Positions 52,211 through 61,329 of a stretch of 64,000 bases of DNA are shown here, piece after piece. The notes under the pieces were generated by a model that ran no database searches, was not told the origin of the DNA, and was given only the letters and a program-made list of their open reading frames with translations. Source of the DNA: Kiritimatiellia bacterium (lineage in GTDB: Bacteria > Verrucomicrobiota > Kiritimatiellia > RFP12 > UBA1067); assembly GCA_050949565.1 (NCBI GenBank), contig JBMNFY010000006.1, positions 147,941 to 211,940 of the forward strand, given 5' to 3'. Position 1 is the stretch's first letter. Each line of letters starts with the position of its first letter. A program made the translations under genes and the position numbers.

Positions 52211-53835
52211 CATGGGCGTCCCGCCCATGAAACACGGGCAGGATGCCCGTGCCACGCCTGCACGCAAGGGATTTTGCAGGATTTTCTGACGAAGAGGCGC
52301 AGCGGTTGCTGAAAAACGGACGCGACAGGGCGTTTTTCCCGTTTTTCGGATGTTTCCGGGCAGACCCCGGCGCCTCCGCCCGGTCGCGGGCGGGTTTTCA
52401 GGGAGGGCAGTCTGCCGCGGGGCCGGTCAGGGAAGCATTCTGAGCATCTGCTCGGCGGCGATGACCAGCAGCCCGAAGGCCAGATGCGCCGCCACCTTCG
52501 CCGGGCCGCGCACCCGGACGTTCCGTCCGCCGTGCTCTTCGTGCAGATGGCTGTTGACGCGCTCGACGGCCGTGCGTTCGTGGTAGCGCCGGGCTTCCGC
52601 CGGGGAGAACTCGATCTTCTCGCCCCGGCGCGGGTTGTGGTCGATGAGCGCCACGTGCCCCAGCCGCGCCGACATCTCGCGGATCTCCTTGGCGTCGTAG
52701 GCGGCGTCGGCCAGATCATAGAGGTTGACGATCCGTCCGGCGGTCATCTGCGCCAGCGGGATGGCGGCCTGGCTGTCGTGCAGGCTGGCGGAAGTGAGTA
52801 TGAAGCTGACCGGGATATCGCCGTCGATCACGTCCAGATGGGCCTTGTAGCCGCGCCAGCATTCTGTCTTGCCCTTGCTGTTCTTCTTGCAGCCCCAGTC
52901 GCAGGACGCGGGCAGGTCGGCCAGGTTTTCCTTCAAGCCGCGGTTGAGCTGCAGTTGCAGCCGTGTCGGATCCGGCGGCGGCGCCGGGGGCTCGCCCTTC
53001 CTGCGCCGGCCGCGTTTGCCGCGCTCGGGGGCGGGGGCCGTCTCCGGCTTGGCCGCGGCCTTCTCGCGGGCGCGGATCGCGGTGGCGTCGCGGCTGACGT
53101 GCCCGGCGAGCTTGTCGCCATAGCGGGCCTTGACCATCGCCTCGTGGATTTCCTGCGGGCACCCGTTTTTGGCGAATTCGGCGAAGGCGCGCGAGAAGGT
53201 CGACGCCGAGGGCACTTCGCCGAGCGTCTCCCAGCCGCACAGCCGGCGCAGGGCCGGACGGTGGCGGATGGCGTCGATCAGGCCGCTCGTGGTGTCGAAG
53301 TTCCAGACGGTCTTGCCTATGAACGCCTTGCACATCGCCAGCCGGTCGCACGGCGGGCAGCCGTTGCCGCACCAGCGGTAGGCGCCCATGTGATCCTGCG
53401 GGGCGCACAGCTCGCAGACCGCGACGAACTGGCGGTGCTTCTCGTCGAGTTCCCCGATCTCGTCCTCCAGCATCGGGAAGAGCCATGACTGGATGCTGTT
53501 CCACAACTGGCCCAGAGGGGGTTGATGTCGCGTTTCCTTCATGCGTTTTTGTCTCCTTTCCGCGTTTGTTTTTCCGTCCTTACGGATGATGGAGGCATTG
53601 TAACATATTGCGCGGCAACAAGATACAACAAAAATCGGGGGGGGTAGACAAACACCCCGGAATGTGCGACAATACCCCTGTTTGTTTTGGGCGCGGTATG
53701 GTGCCGTGCAGAAGGCGACGCGGCGTGGGGCGGAGCGTCATGCCCGGCCGCGCCGGGCGGTGGGATGGTTCGCTGACAAGACGTCCCGCCCGCAGGCCGT
53801 CAGGCGTTGCGGTGTGGGGGTTTTGCAAGAGCCTC
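52185..53835 (-). mobile_element. Insertion sequence (IS5/IS1182-like), 1651 bp
   Basis: Perfect 20-bp terminal IR GAGGCTCTTGCAAAACCCCC / GGGGGTTTTGCAAGAGCCTC; no flanking direct repeat seen. Confidence 0.9.
52427..53542 (-). CDS. DDE transposase (IS5/IS1182-like)
   Basis: LRRLCGW..VPSASTFSRAF, SRDATAI, WRGYKAHL, ASLHDS, LADAAYD, YHERTAVERVNS. Confidence 0.92.
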   Translation of the reverse strand: MKETRHQPPLGQLWNSIQSWLFPMLEDEIGELDEKHRQFVAVCELCAPQDHMGAYRWCGNGCPPCDRLAMCKAFIGKTVWNFDTTSGLIDAIRHRPALRRLCGWETLGEVPSASTFSRAFAEFAKNGCPQEIHEAMVKARYGDKLAGHVSRDATAIRAREKAAAKPETAPAPERGKRGRRRKGEPPAPPPDPTRLQLQLNRGLKENLADLPASCDWGCKKNSKGKTECWRGYKAHLDVIDGDIPVSFILTSASLHDSQAAIPLAQMTAGRIVNLYDLADAAYDAKEIREMSARLGHVALIDHNPRRGEKIEFSPAEARRYHERTAVERVNSHLHEEHGGRNVRVRGPAKVAAHLAFGLLVIAAEQMLRMLP

Positions 53836-53869
53836 GAACTGTAAACGATAAATTGCAGGAGTCAAGACC

Positions 53870-56512
53870 ATGCCGCCACGTCTGAGAAAAAATGAGAACA
53901 AACCGCATATCCCCGCCATCCCGTTTGAAAAGTGTGCGGCCAAAACGACGACGGACGGCAAGCCCGGCACGACGGTATTGGATCACGGCATCCATGTCGG
54001 GCGTGTCGCCGAGGCGCTCGCTGCGCTGAAACCTGAGTGCGTCAAACGCCTCTTGCCCCCTCGTCCTGGGTTGCCTACCGGTGTGCATGATGTCGGCAAA
54101 GTCTCACCCGGCTATGCATTGAAATATTTCGCCAATACTGTCGTCCGTGAACACGCACCGGAACTATGTAACCAAAGCTCTTTCTGCAAGCTTCACGCCA
54201 CGATCAGTGCCGCCGCGATCGAACGCTGGCTGAACACGCCCGTCACGCGTCACTCACCCGTTGCGCTGGCAGCAGCGGCACATCACGGCAAGATGGAAAC
54301 ACCTCCCTTTCCTCCTGACATGTGTGAAATATTGGGCGGATCCGCATGGTCAGAAGAGCGGCAAAAGCTGATCGCGCGTCTCTCTGAGGAGTTTGATGGC
54401 ACCCTGCAAGATGCTGCCGAAGCCAATGAATGGCTGTTGGCCGGCCTGACTTGTGTCGCGGACTGGATCGGCTCCGATGAGACGTTCTTTCCCGCCGACC
54501 GTCCGCCGATTGTGGACGGAGATGCCGTCCTGACGGCGTGTCACGCGGTCACGGAGTGCGGTTTCGCGCCGATGAATATCATCAAAGGGCTGTCCTTTGA
54601 AGATGTGTTCGGATTTCCGCCGCATGCGGCTCAGCAGGAGTTTATCGAACGTGTCACCCAGCCCGGTCTCTATATTATGGAAGCGCCGATGGGACTCGGC
54701 AAGACCGAAGCGGCGCTCTACGTGGCATATAAGCTGGTTGAGGCCGGGCATCACCGCGGCCTGTACTTTGCGCTCCCGACACGCACCACCAGTGACCGCA
54801 TCCATGAGCGCGTCCGCGATAATTTTCTCGCAAAAATCAGCGATGATCCTGTGATGCCGAAACTCGCGCACGGCATGGCCTGGCTGTATGAGTGCCGTTG
54901 GCGTCCGGAAGATGATGACAACGAAGAGGCGCAACCCCAACGCGCGGTACACCCCTGGTTCAACCCTTCGAAGCGCGCGCTGCTCTATCCTTATGCGGTC
55001 GGCACCATCGATCAGGCCTTGCTCGGCGTGCTCAATGTGAAGCACAGCTTTGTGCGCCTCTTCGGTCTCGCGGGTAAAGTGGTGGTTCTTGACGAGGTAC
55101 ACAGCTATGACATGTATACCGGAACCCTGCTGGATGAACTTTGTGAACGCCTGTTGCAGATCGGCTGCACGGTGATCGTGCTGTCGGCAACTCTCACAGG
55201 CCGTCGCCGCAGCCAGTTGGCGCCTGCGCTCAGCGGATTTGCCGGTACAGAGGCATACCCGCTCATCAGCGGATGCCCGACGGATGGAGAGCCGTTTTAC
55301 GCGCCGCTTTCCGCGCCTGAGCCTCGAACCATACACATTCGCAGGGAGCACTGGGACAATCTGCGCCTGGCCGAAGAAGCGGTTGCCGCAGCACAGCGCG
55401 GCGAGTGTGTGGTCTGTATCGCCAACACGGTCGCGCGCGCCCAGGCCTGGTATCGCGCGGTCAAGGCCACGATGCCCGAGGGAGCCTTCCCTGTCGGCCT
55501 CCTGCATGCCCGCTTCCCCATGTTCCGGCGCGAAGAGATCGAAAACGAATGGCTGAAAAAATTGGGCAAGGAAGGCGACCGGCCCAAGGGCTGTGTGTTG
55601 ATCGCCACGCAGGTTGTCGAGCAGAGCGTGGATATCGATGCCGACCGGATGATCACGGAACTTACGCCTTCCGATATGCTCTTGCAGCGCATGGGGCGTT
55701 TGTGGCGTCACCCCCGCAGCGACCGTCCGTGCTCTGTTCCCGAACTCATTATCATCACGCAAGACTTGTCTTCATGTGAAACGACTGAGCAGACGCGCGA
55801 GGCACTTGGCAAAGAAAACACCTATGTCTATGCTCCGTATGTGCTGATGCGGACACTCGAGGTGTGGCGCACACGCTCAAGGATTACGCTTCCGAACGAT
55901 ATCCGGTCGGTCATCGAAGCCACGTATGCCGAGCGGGAGGAGACGCCTGCGAGTGTCATGGGCACGTTCAAAAAAGAGTTGTCGGAAAAGAGCGAGCGTT
56001 TGCGCAAGCTGGCATACAGCGCGCAAGACACGAATCTGGGATTCCCGACCAGTGATAAGGATGACGAACGCGCCGCCACGCGCCATAGCGACCTGCCCAC
56101 GCAATCCGTGCTGCTGTTGTCCGAACGACCGGAAGAGCTGGGGTATGGACGCGTCCGCATACGACTACTGGATGGCGGAAGCGCGTTGCAGTTGGACGCG
56201 AACCGCCCGGATTTTGCGGCGACACGCCGACTCCATGCCAGCACGGTCACGGTGGCAGCTTATCTGCTTGCTGACCAGAGCGGTACCCGCAAGGATACGG
56301 TGTGGCTCAATCGTCACTTCTACGACAAGCCGGTCGTATTGGTCTGTGACGATGGGGGCGTGTTGCGTGACCTCGCCGGCAACGAGATCGTTTTGCGTTA
56401 TTCGCCGGAGTACGGGATCTGGCGTGGTGATAAAACGCAGGAGATGGCTTCCGCGCCGTCTGACTTCTACTCGGAAGACACTTTTTTTGATAACTTAGAA
56501 AAGGATTGGTAA
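53870..56512 (+). CDS. cas3: CRISPR-associated helicase/nuclease Cas3
   Basis: HD nuclease motifs (LDH, VHDVGK, HHG, ADWIGS) plus SF2 helicase motifs (APMGLGKTEAAL, DEVH, SAT, TQVVEQSVDID, QRMGRLWRH). Confidence 0.96.
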   Translation: MPPRLRKNENKPHIPAIPFEKCAAKTTTDGKPGTTVLDHGIHVGRVAEALAALKPECVKRLLPPRPGLPTGVHDVGKVSPGYALKYFANTVVREHAPELCNQSSFCKLHATISAAAIERWLNTPVTRHSPVALAAAAHHGKMETPPFPPDMCEILGGSAWSEERQKLIARLSEEFDGTLQDAAEANEWLLAGLTCVADWIGSDETFFPADRPPIVDGDAVLTACHAVTECGFAPMNIIKGLSFEDVFGFPPHAAQQEFIERVTQPGLYIMEAPMGLGKTEAALYVAYKLVEAGHHRGLYFALPTRTTSDRIHERVRDNFLAKISDDPVMPKLAHGMAWLYECRWRPEDDDNEEAQPQRAVHPWFNPSKRALLYPYAVGTIDQALLGVLNVKHSFVRLFGLAGKVVVLDEVHSYDMYTGTLLDELCERLLQIGCTVIVLSATLTGRRRSQLAPALSGFAGTEAYPLISGCPTDGEPFYAPLSAPEPRTIHIRREHWDNLRLAEEAVAAAQRGECVVCIANTVARAQAWYRAVKATMPEGAFPVGLLHARFPMFRREEIENEWLKKLGKEGDRPKGCVLIATQVVEQSVDIDADRMITELTPSDMLLQRMGRLWRHPRSDRPCSVPELIIITQDLSSCETTEQTREALGKENTYVYAPYVLMRTLEVWRTRSRITLPNDIRSVIEATYAEREETPASVMGTFKKELSEKSERLRKLAYSAQDTNLGFPTSDKDDERAATRHSDLPTQSVLLLSERPEELGYGRVRIRLLDGGSALQLDANRPDFAATRRLHASTVTVAAYLLADQSGTRKDTVWLNRHFYDKPVVLVCDDGGVLRDLAGNEIVLRYSPEYGIWRGDKTQEMASAPSDFYSEDTFFDNLEKDW

Positions 56513-56525
56513 AGGAGAGAGCAAT

Positions 56526-58097
56526 ATGAATCTGGTGAAGGAGCCTTGGATACCGGTCGTCATGCAGGACGGAAAACCCGCTCGGGTCAGTCTCAGGGAT
56601 GCGTTTGCAAAAGGGGAGGACATTGCCGATCTGGCCGCAAACCCATGCCAGCGTATCGCGCTGATGCGCCTCTTGATCTGCGTGGCCCAAGCCGCGCTTG
56701 ACGGCCCCAAAGACGAGGAGGACTGGCTCGCATGTAAACCCCGTCTCGTCCCCGCCGTCCTGTCCTACCTCGACACGTGGCAGCACCGCTTCAACCTCTT
56801 CGGCGAACACGCCTTTTTGCAGGTGGACGGGCTGGACACTAAACCAAACTCTTTGGCTGACAAGCTTGATATGACTTTAGCGGTAGGAAGTTCGCATACT
56901 TTATTTGATGCAGAAGCAAGATCACAGAATGTTGTTAGGACTTCAACATGTCCAGCAAACATTGCTCTTAATTTATTGGTGACCCAGTCATTTAGTCTGG
57001 GAGGTGGACAATCGTCGAAAACAAAATGGAATGGAGAAAATATTGATGGTTCAGAAAACGGGAAAGATAACAATAACTTTACTGCGGGTGCACTTTCTAA
57101 TCAGAGAGCATATACACTGATTAGAGGGGAGGATTTGCTTTTCACTATACACATGAACCTGATTACAAAAAATGATGTTAAATCTTACATGCCGTCTTCG
57201 GAATGGGGAAAACCCATTTGGGAAGAATTCCCAACATCGTATCACGGTGACCATGTTAGCAAGTTACTTTCAAATTATTTGCCCAATCTAGTCCCCTTGA
57301 CGCGATTTTGCCGGATATCAAAACAACCACCATTTAACTTTATCGCATACACGAATGGGTACGCATATTCTGATGACCTTAGTTGTTATCATGACCCAAG
57401 TATTTCTGTTTTTTATGACAAGGATGATAACCCGTGCGCAGTGTCATTAGTTGAGGGGCGTCATCCTTGGCGTGACTTGGCTGCGATTTTGGAGCTGGAT
57501 CGGGCTATTGGTTCAAAACGGGCCAAAGGTGCTCGATGTATCAATCATGTGCGCACATTGCAAAGTAAGGGCGAAAACGGAGTTGTTGATATTTGGATCG
57601 GAGGGATGGTTAATCGTAGAGCAAAAATTATAGATATGGTGGAGTGGTCGGCACATTTCGCAATAGATGGTTTGGGGAACTTAGATTTGGCGTTTTATCG
57701 GCAATGTGTTGGATGGGCAGAAAAAGCAGAATTGGGGTTGTGTAGGGAAATAACAAACTACTCTCAAAAATGCGGAGATCTGCTGTTTCAAAAAAAGGAA
57801 AATGGAACATTCGTTCGTCCAGACAAAAGAAGTCGAGAATTGCGTGAAAAGTATCTTAATGAGGGTAGGCTGATTTTTTGGAATTATCTAGATAGGTATG
57901 TTGAGACGCTTGTTAAACTTTCAGAAAAACATGAAACTTCCGGGCTTAGAGTGTGGGAAAATATCATCGATTCCGCCCTCTACGCCGCATACGACCGCAC
58001 ATGCCCGCATGAAACGCCACGGCAGATACAGGCTTACGCCCAAGGACTGAAAATCCTGCAAACATGGAAGAAAGTGAGGGATCGCAGTGGAACGTGA
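56526..58097 (+). CDS. cas8e: Type I-E Cascade large subunit Cas8e (Cse1/CasA)
   Basis: MNLVKEPWIPV, ALMRLLICVAQAA, RFNLFGEHAFLQ, HPWRDL; follows cas3. Confidence 0.92.
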   Translation: MNLVKEPWIPVVMQDGKPARVSLRDAFAKGEDIADLAANPCQRIALMRLLICVAQAALDGPKDEEDWLACKPRLVPAVLSYLDTWQHRFNLFGEHAFLQVDGLDTKPNSLADKLDMTLAVGSSHTLFDAEARSQNVVRTSTCPANIALNLLVTQSFSLGGGQSSKTKWNGENIDGSENGKDNNNFTAGALSNQRAYTLIRGEDLLFTIHMNLITKNDVKSYMPSSEWGKPIWEEFPTSYHGDHVSKLLSNYLPNLVPLTRFCRISKQPPFNFIAYTNGYAYSDDLSCYHDPSISVFYDKDDNPCAVSLVEGRHPWRDLAAILELDRAIGSKRAKGARCINHVRTLQSKGENGVVDIWIGGMVNRRAKIIDMVEWSAHFAIDGLGNLDLAFYRQCVGWAEKAELGLCREITNYSQKCGDLLFQKKENGTFVRPDKRSRELREKYLNEGRLIFWNYLDRYVETLVKLSEKHETSGLRVWENIIDSALYAAYDRTCPHETPRQIQAYAQGLKILQTWKKVRDRSGT

Positions 58098-59046
58098 GAC
58101 CGAACGCAAGCTGGCCGCGCATGCGGTCGAACTGGGGTGCCGTGCCGATCCCGCTGTCCTGCCGGAGTTGATCGCTCTGCTGGACACGCCGTCGTCAGGG
58201 GTGCGGCGGCTGGCGGCCTCGGCGATCGGCAAGCTGGCGGGACTTGCGGACGCGGGTGCAGCGGTCGCTGCGCTGACGCGCACCTTACGCGATAGGCACC
58301 CACAAGTGCGTCAATACGCCGTGAAGGCGCTCAAAGCCTACGGCACGGCGTCCGAGTCCGCTTTGACCGACTTGCGTGACCTCGCCGCGAACGACACCGA
58401 AAAAGCCTACAACCGCCGTGATGCAGCAGCCGCAGTCGAGACCATCGAGGAAGCGCTACGTTTGCAGGCCGCCGGCGAGACGCATGTCTGCCAGCGGTGC
58501 GGGGCCGCTGTGGCACCGGACGAGTTTGCGCGTTCCATGAAGATGTTTCAGCGCATTTTCTGCGACCACTGCTTTGACGAGACCTACATCAGACGACGCA
58601 ATTTCGATACGCGCGTGGAAGTCCAAAAGACGATCCGCACGACAGACGGCACATTCGTGCAGTCGGATGGTGAGCGGCGCATCGCGGAGTGGCTCGCTGC
58701 TCACGGCATCGCCTACCGCTACGACGATCGCTTGCGGATCATCGAGGGTCGGCAGATCCGGCCTGACTTTTATCTGCCCGAATACGATGTCTACATCGAG
58801 TACTGGGGGATGGACACGCTGGACTACAAGATCGGCATGCTCATCAAGCAGCAGATGTACCAGCACGCCGGCAAACGCCTGATCTCGCTCTATCCGCGGG
58901 ACAAGCCGAACCTCGACGCCATACTCTCCGAAAAGCTGCTACGCATCAGGCCGACTGACTCCGCATCCGCTCCGTCAACGTCAGGCGTCGGCGTAGCAAC
59001 GCGGAGCAAGCCCGATAATCTCACACAGAAAGGAACACAGACATGA
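58087..59046 (+). CDS. HEAT-repeat / zinc-finger / PD-(D/E)xK-like nuclease fusion inside the Cascade operon
   Basis: HEAT repeats (LIALLDTPSSGVRRLAASAIGKL; LTRTLRDRHPQVRQYAVKAL); CQRC..CDHC; QSDGERRIAEWL..GIAYRY..RPDFYLPEYDVYIEYWGM. Confidence 0.85.
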   Translation: MERETERKLAAHAVELGCRADPAVLPELIALLDTPSSGVRRLAASAIGKLAGLADAGAAVAALTRTLRDRHPQVRQYAVKALKAYGTASESALTDLRDLAANDTEKAYNRRDAAAAVETIEEALRLQAAGETHVCQRCGAAVAPDEFARSMKMFQRIFCDHCFDETYIRRRNFDTRVEVQKTIRTTDGTFVQSDGERRIAEWLAAHGIAYRYDDRLRIIEGRQIRPDFYLPEYDVYIEYWGMDTLDYKIGMLIKQQMYQHAGKRLISLYPRDKPNLDAILSEKLLRIRPTDSASAPSTSGVGVATRSKPDNLTQKGTQT

Positions 59047-59606
59047 GTACAATCAAAGAACTGCTGGTTAAGATCCAGCAGGCATCTGACCCGTTACGGG
59101 GAGACCGCGGCATGCTCGCCGCGCTGCGCCGCGGACTGAGCGAGGCCACGGAGCACTACGCCTGGCCCTATCTCGCCCCATACTGTCCGATGAGTGACCC
59201 TAAACAGCGCATCATCTGGCTGACGATCGCGGGCGCAGCCGCGACGCTGGCGCCGGACGGACTGGCGCGTGCGGGTAGGGGAGTGGGTAACTTAGGTGTG
59301 ACCCTCCGTAAGCTGGCCTTGGGCTCGACGGGCGAGAAGGGTGACAAGGCGCTGGCGTCCTTCGAAGCCCGTTTTCGTCGGCTTTTGACCTGCCAGACGA
59401 CGGAAGAAATCTGCCGCCATCTCTCCGGCGTGATCCGTGCGGCGGCGGCAAAGGGGGTTCCGGTGGACGTCGAGCAGCTCTTCTGGGATCTCCAGAAATG
59501 GGAGCGGACTGCGGAACCCACGACCAAGGTAAGGTGGGCGCAGACGTATTGGTCGGGCGATGTCGACACAGACGCCGCTGGTGCAGACGAGGAGGCGCAG
59601 TCATGA
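59043..59606 (+). CDS. cas11: Type I-E Cascade small subunit Cas11 (Cse2/CasB)
   Basis: DRGMLAALRRGL, EARFRRLL, VDVEQLFWDL..W..VRWAQTYW. Confidence 0.92.
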   Translation: MSTIKELLVKIQQASDPLRGDRGMLAALRRGLSEATEHYAWPYLAPYCPMSDPKQRIIWLTIAGAAATLAPDGLARAGRGVGNLGVTLRKLALGSTGEKGDKALASFEARFRRLLTCQTTEEICRHLSGVIRAAAAKGVPVDVEQLFWDLQKWERTAEPTTKVRWAQTYWSGDVDTDAAGADEEAQS

Positions 59607-60190
59607 ACCATCTCAGTCAAGCCATCGTACCGTTCGCACTGGCGGCTGATGCGAAACTGACGGACGGGTATGTCTGGCATCAGGCGATCTGGCAGGCGTT
59701 CCCCGGCAGGGCGGATGATGCGCGTGATTTTTTGTTTCGCGTGGACAGGCGCAAAGAGGGCTTCCGCGTGCTGCTGCTTTCCGCGTATGCGCCCGAGGCC
59801 ACGGATGTGCTCGCGTGGCAGACGAAAGCGGTAGGCCCGTCATTTTTGACGCACGATTTCTACCGCTTTCAACTCAAGGCCAATCCGACCTTTCGCCGTA
59901 AGGAAGATCGGCGTCGGCTAGCGATCTACGACGAGGCCCGGCTGATGGCGTGGATGGAGCGCAAGGCGAAGGCATCCGGATTTGTCATCAAGCCCGGCAC
60001 ACTCACGGTCAGCGCGCCAATAGACGAGACGTGCAAAAAAGACGGCCATATCGTCAAGCATGTCGCTGTAGACTTCACCGGTGTGTTGCGCGTCACTGAC
60101 CGCTCACGCTTCACAACGAGTTTCAACACCGGCATCGGTTCGGCCAAGGGCTTCGGCTTCGGCCTGCTGATGCTCCAACCGTTACACTGA
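59603..60190 (+). CDS. cas6e: crRNA-processing endoribonuclease Cas6e
   Basis: YVWHQAIWQAF, FLFRVD, FQLKANPT, G-rich loop GIGSAKGFGFGLL; ATGA overlap with cas11. Confidence 0.95.
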   Translation: MNHLSQAIVPFALAADAKLTDGYVWHQAIWQAFPGRADDARDFLFRVDRRKEGFRVLLLSAYAPEATDVLAWQTKAVGPSFLTHDFYRFQLKANPTFRRKEDRRRLAIYDEARLMAWMERKAKASGFVIKPGTLTVSAPIDETCKKDGHIVKHVAVDFTGVLRVTDRSRFTTSFNTGIGSAKGFGFGLLMLQPLH

Positions 60191-60213
60191 ACAAACAAAG
60201 AAAGGTATCAACC

Positions 60214-61329
60214 ATGAACATGATCGAACTCCACATGCTGCACTCCTTCCCTGTGACCTGTCTCAACCGCGATGATCTCGGCGCACCCAAGTCTGCCGTG
60301 TTCGGCGGCGTGACGCGCGCCCGCGTCTCCAGTCAAAGCTGGAAGCGCGCGATACGGGAGACGGCTAAAACAATCATGCCCGAGACTTTTCAAGGTAGCC
60401 GGACACGGAAGGCCGCCGTTGACCTTACGTCCGCCCTCGTCAATAAGCATGCTTGGGCTGAGACAGACGCACGGAAAACCGCCGAGGAGGTGCTTCACTT
60501 ATTTTTGTCCAATAAGCCGCTTAAGCCCCAAAAAGGCAAAAAGGCAGAAACCGATGCGAAAGAATCCGACAATACCGATACGAGCACATTGCTCTATTTC
60601 TCACCAGGGGAAATAACGCGTATTGCGAAAGGTATCGACGACTTGAAGAAGACAGATAAAAAAGCGGATGCTGAGGCTCTGAAAAAAAAGGCAATAGAAG
60701 AACTTGGAAAACTCCTTCCTTGTGATGCGGCCGATATTGCGATCTTTGGTCGGATGGTTTCGAACGCAAGTGATGTCACGCTCGAAGGTGCGGGAATGTT
60801 CAGCCACGCGCTTTCGACTCACCGGTGCAGCAATGAATTAGATTTTTGGACTGCGGTGGAAGATGAAAAGCAGGTGGGCGATGATGCCGGTGCCGCTAAC
60901 ATGGGGATAAGTGAATTTAATTCACCGTGTTACTATAGATATGTTGCGGTTAACGTCGATATGTTGTTCGATGATGCCCATCTAGGCTGTATTACGGAAA
61001 GTAAGCAAAAAAAGGCGATACTTTCGGCTTTCCTTCGCGCCGCGATTATGGCTGTGCCGAAGGCGCGAAAAAACAGCATGTTCGGGTTTAATCCTCCGGC
61101 CTATGTGCTCGGTGTGAGGCGTGCCGGACAGCCGATCTCGCTCGTGAATGCCTTCGAGAAGCCGGTGGTGGCCGACAAGGATGGCTACGTGAAACCCTCT
61201 GAGGAGGAGCTTAAAAAACACTGGGTCGAACTGAAGGAGCTTTATTGTCTCAAGACGGAGGCGGAGAGTGAATTGCCGCCCGACAATCTTGATGCGCTGA
61301 TCGGTAAGCTACTGGAGAATCTGGCATGA
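60214..61329 (+). CDS. cas7: Type I-E Cascade backbone Cas7 (Cse4/CasC)
   Basis: IELHMLHSFPVTCLNRDDLGAPKSAVFGGVTRARVSSQSWKRAIR, DIAIFGRM, HALSTH, YYRY. Confidence 0.96.
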   Translation: MNMIELHMLHSFPVTCLNRDDLGAPKSAVFGGVTRARVSSQSWKRAIRETAKTIMPETFQGSRTRKAAVDLTSALVNKHAWAETDARKTAEEVLHLFLSNKPLKPQKGKKAETDAKESDNTDTSTLLYFSPGEITRIAKGIDDLKKTDKKADAEALKKKAIEELGKLLPCDAADIAIFGRMVSNASDVTLEGAGMFSHALSTHRCSNELDFWTAVEDEKQVGDDAGAANMGISEFNSPCYYRYVAVNVDMLFDDAHLGCITESKQKKAILSAFLRAAIMAVPKARKNSMFGFNPPAYVLGVRRAGQPISLVNAFEKPVVADKDGYVKPSEEELKKHWVELKELYCLKTEAESELPPDNLDALIGKLLENLA

